Shown one piece after another: positions 9,109 through 18,277 of a stretch of DNA of 64,000 nt (within the stretch, counting starts at the first letter, position 1; every line of letters begins with the position of its first letter). The DNA comes from a candidate division FCPU426 bacterium. Its GTDB lineage: Bacteria; Oederibacteriota; Muellerivitia; Muellerivitales; Muellerivitaceae. The stretch covers positions 512,001 through 576,000 of the forward strand of contig CAWCKJ010000004.1 of assembly GCA_963796105.1 (NCBI GenBank), written 5' to 3'. The notes under the pieces were generated by a model. The model searched no databases. It had not been told where the DNA came from and worked only from the letters and a program-made list of their open reading frames with translations. Both the position numbers and the translations under genes were made by a program.

Positions 9109-11196
9109 TTGGTCTATTCGAAAAAACTTCTGATTGGTCCCCTGCTATTCCTGACCGCCTTTGAGTTCGCCTTGCTGGGGCTCAATCCAACCTTTTACGC
9201 GGATGACAGCCCCGAAATCATCACCGTCGCCGCCGCCTTGGGCGTGCCCCACCCGCCCGGTTATCCCCTCTATATGTTGTTGGGCCGGCTGATGTCGTTA
9301 CTCCCCCTTCCCCTCTGTTTCAGCGTCAACCTGCTTTCCGCCCTCTTGGGCTCGCTCATTTGCCTTCTTGTCTTTTTCTTGTTGAACAAAAGATTTGAGG
9401 TTCCCGCTTTCATCAGCGCGCCCTTCGCGTTCCTCTGGATGGCTGGATTGTCCTCCTACCCTTCCGCCCTGAGCGCCAAGAGAGGCATTTATGAGCTCGC
9501 GGGGGTTTTCGTCCTGGCCATTCTGGCGAGCCTGTTGGACGGGCGCCTGAAACTGGCGGCCTTCCTATACGGCCTTTCCCTGGGGGGCCATTGGATGACC
9601 ATGTCCGTTTATGGGCCGGGCCTGTTGGTCCTGGCCTATGTAGAGTCCCGGAAAAAACCTTGGAACCCCCGCCATCTGATTAAGCCTGCCTTGTTCTTCC
9701 TGATGGGTTTATCCCTATATCTTTACCTTCCCTTGCGGGCGGTGAATGAACCGGTAGTGAATTGGGGTTATCCCGCCCATTGGGACCCTTTTCTCAAGCA
9801 TCTCACCCGCTATGTGGACAAGGGGCGGGATTTCACCACGGACGCGGGCCAATGGTTCCAAACCTTGGGGCTTTACCTCCGAATGGCTTTTTCCGAATTC
9901 TTTGGCCTGGGATTGCTGGCCTTGGCGGGTTTGGTTTTTGAATGGAGGAAAAACCGCTGGAGGGCTTTGGGTCTGTTGTTGACTTGGGTAGGGCTGGTTG
10001 CCTCCATCAGTATCTTCTCCAAATATTCTGGTAAAAGGCCCCCGCTTCTGGAGGATTATTCCGTTTCGTCCTGGGTTTTAGTCGCTCTTTTATCGGGCCT
10101 CGGAGCCTGGGGAATAATCGGTTTCCGCGAAAAGTGGCGGGTCCGCGCCACAGCGCTCGGCGCTGTACTCTTAGCCCTTTCCCTCGTTGGGGTAGGCTAC
10201 CGCGTCGCGAACAACAGCCAGGCCCACTACACCTGCGTTTATGATTATGCCCTCAATTCTTTCAAGTCCCTGCCGTCTAACGCCTTGTTCTTTTGCGCGG
10301 GGGACGAACTGCAATTCCCCAGCTGGTATTTCCAATTCGTGAAAGGCGTGAGGCCCGACCTTTGCGTGGCAGGGTCCAGTTTGAGTATGGATTGGAACCG
10401 CATCCAACTGGCCCGCCTCCATCCGGGCTTGAATGTTCCTTACCCCCGGCACGACCCAAGCAAGGTCTATGACTTCGATCCTTTCATTCCCTGGATGATT
10501 CAGAACAACCCCCAACGCCGTTTCTATTTCACCTTCCCGCCCTCGGACGCGGGTCTGGGTGACTTAGTCCTGGCCCCACTGGGCCTTGCCCAAGAAGGCG
10601 CCCCGCCCCCAAGAAAACCCCTTTTCGAGGAAAACACCAACGATTCATTCTGGGCGAAAGCGCGCTTGAGACATTTGAACCCGCCCTATTCCTCGGTTGA
10701 TCTTCGCTCTTGGAATACCCTACTGGAGGACTACGGGGGCAAGCGCCAGCAATTGGCCCTCCATGAAATGAACCAAGGTGTTCTCCTGGAATCCTCAATC
10801 TCTTCCAGGAAGCAAGCCGGAGAATGGTACGGGAAAAGCCTGGCCAACCTGATGGCGATTCAGGATTGGAACCCCGAAAGTTCCCAAAACGTCATTGACC
10901 GGGGACCCAACTACATGGGCTTGGGGCCCCTATTGCACGCGGTGGTATTCCACCAGAGTGTTCTTTTGGACATCGGAGTCGATTATTTTCACTTAGGGGA
11001 CCTGGACCAGGCGGGGCTCTGGATTCAAAGGGCCTCCCTCTCGGTGCCTAATGACGCGGATCATTATTACTACGCGGGGCTGATGTCCTACCAGGCGAAC
11101 AATTACCCGGATTCCAGGAAATGGCTTCAAAAGACCCTTCAGGCCGATCCCAGCTACACCAGGGCCAACCAACTTCTGCAATACTTGAACCGATAA
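9109..11196 (+). CDS. DUF2723 / TMEM260-like GT-C membrane glycosyltransferase with C-terminal TPR
   Basis: YADDSPEIITVAAALGVPHPPGYPLYMLLG and YLYLPLRA..P.VNWG signatures; multiple TM helices; terminal TPRs. Confidence 0.88.
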   Translation: MVYSKKLLIGPLLFLTAFEFALLGLNPTFYADDSPEIITVAAALGVPHPPGYPLYMLLGRLMSLLPLPLCFSVNLLSALLGSLICLLVFFLLNKRFEVPAFISAPFAFLWMAGLSSYPSALSAKRGIYELAGVFVLAILASLLDGRLKLAAFLYGLSLGGHWMTMSVYGPGLLVLAYVESRKKPWNPRHLIKPALFFLMGLSLYLYLPLRAVNEPVVNWGYPAHWDPFLKHLTRYVDKGRDFTTDAGQWFQTLGLYLRMAFSEFFGLGLLALAGLVFEWRKNRWRALGLLLTWVGLVASISIFSKYSGKRPPLLEDYSVSSWVLVALLSGLGAWGIIGFREKWRVRATALGAVLLALSLVGVGYRVANNSQAHYTCVYDYALNSFKSLPSNALFFCAGDELQFPSWYFQFVKGVRPDLCVAGSSLSMDWNRIQLARLHPGLNVPYPRHDPSKVYDFDPFIPWMIQNNPQRRFYFTFPPSDAGLGDLVLAPLGLAQEGAPPPRKPLFEENTNDSFWAKARLRHLNPPYSSVDLRSWNTLLEDYGGKRQQLALHEMNQGVLLESSISSRKQAGEWYGKSLANLMAIQDWNPESSQNVIDRGPNYMGLGPLLHAVVFHQSVLLDIGVDYFHLGDLDQAGLWIQRASLSVPNDADHYYYAGLMSYQANNYPDSRKWLQKTLQADPSYTRANQLLQYLNR

Positions 11197-11303
11197 TTCA
11201 AGGACAGCCATTCAAGCCTACTGGTTTGCTCCATCGGATTTTTCAGAAGCCAAATAAGGAATACTGTGTTTGCCGGTCCTTAAAACACGATTCCCTGAAG
11301 CCC

Positions 11304-11334
11304 GAAACTTTCAACCGGTGTATGACGTCTAATG
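11304..11334 (+). promoter_or_regulatory. ECF-sigma-type promoter GAAACT-N16-CGTCTAATG
   Basis: Matches the ECF -35 AAC / -10 CGT pattern; a second copy lies at 49220-49250. Confidence 0.55.
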
Positions 11335-11370
11335 ATGTGACGCCGTAAATAACGCTGGAGGGGTCTGAAA

Positions 11371-12003
11371 ATGAATAAAACATGGTTGGTGTTGGGAATT
11401 TTATCCGCCTTTTGGGGGGCCTTCCTCCGTCCGGCCCAGGCCCAGGTCCAGGTGGGCATTTCCGTGGGAGGCGGCGGCGACAGCTTCCACTTGGCCATCG
11501 GCAATTATTACCACGCCCCTCCCGATCAAGTGGCGGTCTGTACCCAAAGGCATATTCCCGACGAGGAAATGCCGGTGGTCTTTTTCATCGCCGGACAGGC
11601 CCGCGTGGCGCCTGGGGTCGTCGTCGACCTCCGGTCCCAGGGAATGCCCTGGTTTGAGATTGTCCGCCACTTCCGCTTGAGCCCGAGGATTTTCTACGTG
11701 CCCATGCGCGGCCCCGTGGTAGGAACCCCCTATGAGCGCTTTTACGCCTACTACAACAGACGGGGGGCCCGGGTCCGCCTGATGGACTCGGATTTCGTGA
11801 ACATGGTGAACCTGCGCTTCGCCTCCGAGTATTACCACCGCACACCGGAGGAGATCGTCCGAATGAGGGCCGGGGGGCACAATTACGCCTATATCCACAA
11901 CCAATACCGCGCCCAGCCCGCGAATCAACAACCGCACCATTTCAACAGGCGGGACGATCGCAGGGATGACCGCCGCGATGACCGCAGGGACAACGGTTAT
12001 TGA
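11371..12003 (+). CDS. Secreted hypothetical protein with a C-terminal (RDDR)n tail
   Basis: Signal peptide ending AQA; RBS GGAGG; high-GC3 codon pattern. Confidence 0.75.
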   Translation: MNKTWLVLGILSAFWGAFLRPAQAQVQVGISVGGGGDSFHLAIGNYYHAPPDQVAVCTQRHIPDEEMPVVFFIAGQARVAPGVVVDLRSQGMPWFEIVRHFRLSPRIFYVPMRGPVVGTPYERFYAYYNRRGARVRLMDSDFVNMVNLRFASEYYHRTPEEIVRMRAGGHNYAYIHNQYRAQPANQQPHHFNRRDDRRDDRRDDRRDNGY

Positions 12004-12080
12004 GGTTTCAAAAAGCCGATCTTCTTCTCCCGATTATCAAAAAGTAGGATAATGCCCTTGTCTCTAATTGAGGAGGTAGT

Positions 12081-12971
12081 TTGAAATTTTTTGGGTTTTT
12101 ATCCTTATCCTTATTCCTGGGCGCCGTTAACAACCTTTGGGCGGTCCCCGTGACCGTCGAGAACATCAACTACAAGGTCACGCTCTCCGAGACCCTGCCG
12201 GGCCTGGACGACCAGATTGTCGCCCAAGCCGGACCCACCATCAACGTGACGATCCTGGATAAAATGCGCAACACCAGGATGATCTATCCCCTTCCGGCCT
12301 ACGCCGTCCATTATTACTTCCTTCGGGACGAGGCCTTGGACCTGGTTTGCCGCACCACCCTCCGGGGGGCCGAGGGTGGCCCGCGCTACACCTTCCTCCA
12401 GTTGAATCTTTCCAACGAGCAGGATTCCGGCCAGTTCCAAAACCTGAAGCGTTTTTTCTTCTCCCCCGACGGCCAGTTTCTCCTGGCGGTCCTGGATGGC
12501 TCCGGGGCGCCGGACCCTATCGTCCTCATGCGCCTCCAGGAATCGCCTATCAAGGTCGGATGGCTCTATTCAAGCAAGAACAGTGTCAATTATTTCGGGC
12601 GGGCCCTTCCAGCCATGGCCCAGGATGTTTTCTTGAACGATGCCGTGGGTTGGTCGGCTGATTCCTCCACCGCGGCTTTCGTGCTTTCCGCCCCCGACGG
12701 GACGAAGGACGCCCAAGGCCAGCCGGTCCTGAGGGATTTCCTGGCATGCCTGCGTTTGAGCGGGGAGGGTTTCCGGGTGTCGGCCCAGCCTTTGGACCTT
12801 TCTTCTTACCATTACCACCACGGTTCCGTGATCACGGACATCAAATGCGACGGGGGAAAAGCCACCCTTTTATTCGTCCAGAGCGACTCCTCGCAGAACC
12901 TGACGGCTGAGTTTCCCCTCCCGCCCGATACCCCCGCCCAGGAGAAACCCGCCCCGACCCCGGCGCCTTGA
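12081..12971 (+). CDS. Secreted hypothetical protein with a Pro-rich tail
   Basis: RBS GAGGAGG before the TTG start; signal-peptide-like N-terminus. Confidence 0.7.
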   Translation: MKFFGFLSLSLFLGAVNNLWAVPVTVENINYKVTLSETLPGLDDQIVAQAGPTINVTILDKMRNTRMIYPLPAYAVHYYFLRDEALDLVCRTTLRGAEGGPRYTFLQLNLSNEQDSGQFQNLKRFFFSPDGQFLLAVLDGSGAPDPIVLMRLQESPIKVGWLYSSKNSVNYFGRALPAMAQDVFLNDAVGWSADSSTAAFVLSAPDGTKDAQGQPVLRDFLACLRLSGEGFRVSAQPLDLSSYHYHHGSVITDIKCDGGKATLLFVQSDSSQNLTAEFPLPPDTPAQEKPAPTPAP

Positions 12972-12993
12972 GATCAGGGTAATCCAAGCCTTA

Positions 12994-14907
12994 TCAAGGG
13001 AGACTATTGAGCACCTGTAGCGCCACGGGATTGGAAGGATTGTCCTCCAGCACCCGCTTCATGCAAAGCCGGGCCTCGTCATATCGTTTGGTCGAGTTAT
13101 ATAAAAGCCCCAGGCTGTAATAGAGTTCGCCATACCTTCCTTCGGACCGCCGTATGGCCTCCAGCAAGAACGCCTCTCCAGCTTTCAAATGCCCCTCCAG
13201 CAACAGGAAAGACCCGGTCCAAAAAATCCCGGTGGGAATATCGGCGCTCCTGTAAAAGCCCTCAAAAAAGGATTTCCAGGCCGTGACCCCGGGGAGCCGC
13301 AATAATTCCGGAGACTGGTTGAATATGTCCGCCGGCACCTCCCTTTCCTCCAGGAACTTGGCGTCTTCCTGTTCCGGCACCCAGGAGGCGTAGCCTCTAC
13401 GGAGATAAATCGCGGTAAAGCCGTCCAGGTAAACCCGCCGCCAATTGCGGTTGTTCGGAAGGTCCGCGATCCAGTGGGTGAAGAGGCTGGGATTGATGAA
13501 AAGGATGTCGGCCTGGTATTGGTTCGCCAGGGGGTCCAAGCCCCCGGGATTCTGGGACACAAGGTACTCGCCGAAGAGCTGGTCCCCCATGACTTCCAGG
13601 CGCCCGTCCATGAATACTTTCTGGGGTCCCTTCCAGTCCAGCCACCCGCCGGAATTCAAGGTGTTCAAGATCCTGCCGTCCAGGCGGTTCTTCGCCAGGA
13701 ATTCCGCGGCTCTCACCGGCTGGCTGTTGTCGTTCACCCCGAGGCCAAACCGCTCGGATCTCCTGGAGTCGGCGTAATAAGCTCCTGTGACGATCCTCAA
13801 GCCGAAAGCCAGGATTAGCAGAGTGAAAACCCCCGCAGCCCAGGGAGAGGAAAGGAATTTTTCCTGGAATTTCCGAAGCCCTGTCCATTGAAGGTCATTC
13901 CAACAGGCCGCGGCGGCCGGCAGGCTGGCGAGCATGAATAGGGGAATGTTCCGGTTGGCCATGGCGGAAAGGACAAAGAAAACCGACGCAAGGAACAGCT
14001 CATGGGCCTTCCTTTTCTTGAAGGTTGCCAGGAGCAGGAACAGCAGGAAAAAACTGTAAATCTTGTAAACAAGGACGGGCCCCCCGGGGAGGGGGGAGTT
14101 CTGGGCCGAGACCCAGGGGGATACAAGCTCGCGGATATTGGGGCGGAAAAGTTCCGAGTTGAGGATTTTCCAATTGGAGAAGGGATAAATCGCCCCCTTG
14201 AGGAAATAGGGATTGACCAAACAAACAACCAGAGCCAGGGCGCTCCATTTCAGCATCTTCCGGTCGATCCGTCCTTCATGGATCACGCTGGAAATCAGGA
14301 ACAAGCCCATCACTCCCCATCCCAGGACGAAAAGGCCCTCGACGTTACCCCAGAGGATTTGGATCAAGGGCAGGAGAAACAACCAGTTCCGCCGCTTCGC
14401 CTCCTTTTGCTCCAGCACCCAAATCATGAGGCCTAAAAACACCCAGCTGAGTATTTCAGGCCTGACTTGGAAGCGGATCTCGGAAATCCACGCTGCCGCG
14501 CCCATCAACAGGACGCCCATCCAGGAGGAGGTCCCATTTGACCTTACGCGGAACCAAGCCAGGCCGAAGGCCGTCAGGATCAGGATGATGTTGCAGAGGG
14601 ACAGGAAGGAATAACCCCCGGCCAGGTATGCCAGGTAAAGCAGGACCTGGTAAAACCAATGGATATCCAGGTACTCGTGGTCCGGAACGCTGTAGGTATA
14701 GGCGTCTTTTAAGGGCACCCAATGGTTCTGGAGAATCCATTGGCCTCCCCTCAGGTGAAAACCCAGGTCCAGGTCCGTGATGAACCGGGCCGCCAAAAGG
14801 GCGGTTAAAAGGAAACAGGAAAGAAGGGGCCAGAACCAGGGATCGGGGAAAACACTCCGTTTGGAAGAGGCTTCACTGGCGGGCGCTTGGGCTGGATTTG
14901 AAAGCAT
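12994..14907 (-). CDS. Polytopic membrane protein with C-terminal TPR (putative GT-C glycosyltransferase)
   Basis: DLDLGFHL..G motif after TM1, RPE loop, NPY, GGWL.W...VFMDGR periplasmic motif, terminal TPR. Confidence 0.85.
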   Translation of the reverse strand: MLSNPAQAPASEASSKRSVFPDPWFWPLLSCFLLTALLAARFITDLDLGFHLRGGQWILQNHWVPLKDAYTYSVPDHEYLDIHWFYQVLLYLAYLAGGYSFLSLCNIILILTAFGLAWFRVRSNGTSSWMGVLLMGAAAWISEIRFQVRPEILSWVFLGLMIWVLEQKEAKRRNWLFLLPLIQILWGNVEGLFVLGWGVMGLFLISSVIHEGRIDRKMLKWSALALVVCLVNPYFLKGAIYPFSNWKILNSELFRPNIRELVSPWVSAQNSPLPGGPVLVYKIYSFFLLFLLLATFKKRKAHELFLASVFFVLSAMANRNIPLFMLASLPAAAACWNDLQWTGLRKFQEKFLSSPWAAGVFTLLILAFGLRIVTGAYYADSRRSERFGLGVNDNSQPVRAAEFLAKNRLDGRILNTLNSGGWLDWKGPQKVFMDGRLEVMGDQLFGEYLVSQNPGGLDPLANQYQADILFINPSLFTHWIADLPNNRNWRRVYLDGFTAIYLRRGYASWVPEQEDAKFLEEREVPADIFNQSPELLRLPGVTAWKSFFEGFYRSADIPTGIFWTGSFLLLEGHLKAGEAFLLEAIRRSEGRYGELYYSLGLLYNSTKRYDEARLCMKRVLEDNPSNPVALQVLNSLP

Positions 14908-14914
14908 GTGAAGG

Positions 14915-14923
14915 ATTATACCA
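14915..14923 (-). promoter_or_regulatory. Extended -10 promoter (TGGTATAAT), probably leaderless
   Basis: TGnTATAAT ending 7 nt before ATG 14907, the same geometry as at the paralogue. Confidence 0.6.
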
Positions 14924-14943
14924 AACAGTCCATCGGTTGCTTC

Positions 14944-17097
14944 TTAATGCCTGGAATGTTCCGCGAGGACTTTCGCTTTTCGGAAATTTTCCTCGGCCAA
15001 ATCCTCCCGTCCCATTTTCCGGTAGGTCAATCCGAGCTTTTGATAAATGCCCGGATTGTCGGGCTGGAGGGACGAGGCCCTTCGGAGCAAATCCAACGCT
15101 TCCGGGAACTTTCCGGATTGAAAGTCAATGAAGCCCAGGTTGAGGTAATAAATGACTTCGTTCGGGTCGGCCGAGATTCCCTCCTGGTACAGCTTCGCCG
15201 CCTCGGCGTAATTCCCCCCCTGGGCGTATAAATTGGCCAGGTTGACCAGATAACTTTGGTTGTCGGGGTCCAGGGAAACGGCCTTTTGATAGGCCGCGAA
15301 GCTTTTTTCCGGTTGTTTCAAATACCAGTAGCTGACTCCCAGGTTGTTGTAGGCCGAGGCCAGGTCCGGGTCAAGTTGAACGGCTTTTTGGGCTTCCGCC
15401 AGGGCTTCATCGTAATTCCCGGATTTCTGGTAAACCTTGCTGAGGTTGGAATGAGGAATGGCGTTTTTGGGGTCCTTCTCGATCGAGGTCTTGAACCAGG
15501 CCGCGGCGTCCTCCGCCAGGCCTTTCGAGAAAAGGCAGGTTCCCTTGGAATCATAGGGCGCGGAGGGGGCGGGATCTGCCGCGATGGCCTGGTCGAAAGC
15601 CCTGATGGCCTCGTCATAATGTCCCGCGTCCTGGTAGGCGTTTCCAAGTTCCGAGTAGGTGATGACGGAAGTCTCGGAATGGACCCTCACCGCGTTTTCC
15701 CAAAGGGCGATGGAATCCTTCCAGGTCGCTGATTGGAGGAAGGTTCCATAGCCCAGGCCGGCCGTGAGTCCCGCCGCCAGGATTGGGAATAAAAAACGCC
15801 GCTTTGAAAGAATAAAGACCGCCAGATAGGCAAAAAGCAAAAATGGACCCAGGCTCGGAAGGTAGGTGTAACGGTCGGCGGAGGTCTGGAATCCGGCTTG
15901 AAGAATTCCCAGCACGGGAAGAAGGGTGATGAAATAGTAAAGGCTTCCCGCCGCCAGGTATGGCCGTCTCTTGAGCCAATAAAGGCAAATCCCCGCCCAT
16001 AGGACGGCTAAACCGACGCAAAGAAGCTGCCCTGCGGAAAAGGCCTTTGTTTTTTCGGTGATGGGATAAAAAGCCGCCAATCCCGATGGAAAAATCATTT
16101 TTTCAACGTAAAAGACCAAGGAGTGAAAAGCGTTCATGACGCGGATTCCCAGGGGAATATCCTGTGTTTTCAAAACAGCCTCGCCTTTGAACTGGGAAAG
16201 GACCGTCAGCCAGCCGCACAACAGACTCGCGATGAAAAACGGGATTTTTTCCAAATAGACCTTCGCCCCTTCTTTTGAAAATCTCCCCAACGGCCAAAAA
16301 TCCAAAAGAAATAAAACCAAGGGAAAGGAGACCGCCATGGGTTTGGATACAAGGGCCAGAGAGAAGAGCCCCAGGCAGGCGGCAAGCCTCAATCCCTTTC
16401 CCCGCGCGGAGCTGGCATAATCCAAGTAAAGCAGGAGACCTCCCAGGTATAAGAACCCGCAAAGAACGTCTTTCCTTTCGGTGGCCCAGGCCACGGATTC
16501 CACATGGAGGGGATGGATCCCAAATAGAAGCGCCGCGAGAAAGGCCGCTTTGACTTCATTCCGGCCGCGCCCGGGGTTCCCTTCGGTTTCCTTCCGGTTT
16601 CCCGCCAAGTTGAGAATCCTCCGGCAAACCAGGAAAACCAGCCCGGTATTCAGGGCATGAAGGATCAGGTTGGTGAGGTGATAAATTCTCGGGTCCAGGC
16701 CTCCCATCCAAAAATTCAGGGCCAGGGAAAACCATGTGAGGGGAATCCAATTACTGCAATAAAAAGCGTTGAGCATCCAACGGATGGAAGCGAAATCCAG
16801 GTGACGGATATGGAGGTTCTTGACGATGAATTCACTGTCATCCCAATTGACGAAGCCGTTGTTCAGGGAGGGAATGTAAACCAGGACGGTGATGAGGACC
16901 ACGAGGACCAGGGCCCATCCATCGCGGTGGGTACCAGGCTCCCGTGCCGCTCCCTCTTTTAATTCAGCGACCTTTTCACAGGGTCTCTCGATGATCTTGC
17001 GGACCTGCCTGGGGCTCAAGCCGGTTCTACCAGCCAATTCCTCCAAAGGGAGGGACCGGTTTTGAAGGACAAACTCTCTTTTTTCCTTTTTGGACAA
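14944..17097 (-). CDS. TMTC-like GT-C protein with a long TPR array
   Basis: NGFVNWDD, YHLTNLILH, LFGIHPLHVESVAWATERKD and ADRYTYLPS motifs; about 7 TPRs. Confidence 0.9.
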   Translation of the reverse strand: MSKKEKREFVLQNRSLPLEELAGRTGLSPRQVRKIIERPCEKVAELKEGAAREPGTHRDGWALVLVVLITVLVYIPSLNNGFVNWDDSEFIVKNLHIRHLDFASIRWMLNAFYCSNWIPLTWFSLALNFWMGGLDPRIYHLTNLILHALNTGLVFLVCRRILNLAGNRKETEGNPGRGRNEVKAAFLAALLFGIHPLHVESVAWATERKDVLCGFLYLGGLLLYLDYASSARGKGLRLAACLGLFSLALVSKPMAVSFPLVLFLLDFWPLGRFSKEGAKVYLEKIPFFIASLLCGWLTVLSQFKGEAVLKTQDIPLGIRVMNAFHSLVFYVEKMIFPSGLAAFYPITEKTKAFSAGQLLCVGLAVLWAGICLYWLKRRPYLAAGSLYYFITLLPVLGILQAGFQTSADRYTYLPSLGPFLLFAYLAVFILSKRRFLFPILAAGLTAGLGYGTFLQSATWKDSIALWENAVRVHSETSVITYSELGNAYQDAGHYDEAIRAFDQAIAADPAPSAPYDSKGTCLFSKGLAEDAAAWFKTSIEKDPKNAIPHSNLSKVYQKSGNYDEALAEAQKAVQLDPDLASAYNNLGVSYWYLKQPEKSFAAYQKAVSLDPDNQSYLVNLANLYAQGGNYAEAAKLYQEGISADPNEVIYYLNLGFIDFQSGKFPEALDLLRRASSLQPDNPGIYQKLGLTYRKMGREDLAEENFRKAKVLAEHSRH

Positions 17098-17158
17098 TGA
17101 AAAACCCCGTTGTTTTATCGTTTTTCGATTCAGCTCGGAAGGCGGTGTTTTTCAGGAA

Positions 17159-18277
17159 TCAAGCGAGGGAACTGCTGGACCCGGGTCCGAATCTCATCTC
17201 CATTTTCTCCAGCGCCAGTTCCTTGTCCATCGGAACTTGGAATTTCTTCTTGTCGCTGGCCTTCAGGTAGGCCTGCCGGGCGCTGATCTTGCCGGCCTGG
17301 TAGAAATTCATCAGGCAGTGGTCCATGGTCTGCATGCCCAGCTGTCCGCTCATCTCGATGAGGGAGGTGATGCCGGAAATCTTGCCGGTCCGGATCAGGT
17401 TCGGGAGGCTCTTGTCGTAATTGAGCACCTCCACCGCCGCGCAGCGCCCCTTGCCGTCCTTGGTGGGACAAAGCTGCTGGGCCACGATTCCCTTGAGGGC
17501 CGCGGCCAGGGCGTCGCGCGCCTTGTCCCTCTCGTCGGCCGGATAGACGTTGATGATGCGGTCGATGGTTTTCGAGGTGGAGTTGGTGTGCAGGGTGGCC
17601 AGGACCAGGATGCCCATCTCGGCCGCGGCGATGACGAGCGAGATGGTCTCGTAATCCCTCATTTCCCCCACCAGGATGATGTCCGGGTCCTGGCGCATGG
17701 ACGACCGCAGGGCCGCCTTGAAGGAATGGGTGTCGTGGTGGACCTCGCGCTGGGTGATCTTGCACTTTTTCATGTAGTGCACGAACTCGATGGGGTCCTC
17801 GATGGTGAGGATGTTGGCCTCGCGCGTGTTGTTGATCTCGTCGATCATGGCGGCCAGGGTGGTGCTCTTCCCGCTGCCGGTGGGGCCGGTGACGAGGATG
17901 AGGCCCCTTTTCACCTTGCACATCTCCCGGATGACCGGGGGCATGCCGAGCTGTTCCAGCGAGAGGATCTTGGTGGGGATGGTGCGGAATACCGCGGCGA
18001 GCCCCTGCTGGTTGAAAAAAACATTCGCGCGGTACCGGGCCAGGTCCGGAACCTCGTAGGCGTAATCGTAGTCGCGCTTCTGCCAGCACAGCTCCCATTG
18101 CTCCGGGGACATGGTCTCGTAGATCCAGGACATGATCATGTCCTCGGTGATGACCGTCTCATTCAAGGGGGTGAGGTCCCCCCTTACGCGCACCAGGGGG
18201 GGATTGCCGATGGTGAGGTGCATGTCGGACGCCCCCAGTTCCACCATGGCGCGGCATAGTTCCGGCATGGCCGCCAT
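17159..18277 (-). CDS. pilT: PilT/PilU-family type IV pilus retraction ATPase
   Basis: ASDMHL, GPTGSGKSTT, TIEDPIE, RQDPDIILVGEMRD, TLHT, GMQTMD. Confidence 0.9.
   Translation of the reverse strand: MAAMPELCRAMVELGASDMHLTIGNPPLVRVRGDLTPLNETVITEDMIMSWIYETMSPEQWELCWQKRDYDYAYEVPDLARYRANVFFNQQGLAAVFRTIPTKILSLEQLGMPPVIREMCKVKRGLILVTGPTGSGKSTTLAAMIDEINNTREANILTIEDPIEFVHYMKKCKITQREVHHDTHSFKAALRSSMRQDPDIILVGEMRDYETISLVIAAAEMGILVLATLHTNSTSKTIDRIINVYPADERDKARDALAAALKGIVAQQLCPTKDGKGRCAAVEVLNYDKSLPNLIRTGKISGITSLIEMSGQLGMQTMDHCLMNFYQAGKISARQAYLKASDKKKFQVPMDKELALEKMEMRFGPGSSSSLA

Noticed and set aside
11947..11995. 12-bp tandem repeat as a DNA element
   Set aside because: Synonymous variation shows it is a protein-level RDDR repeat.
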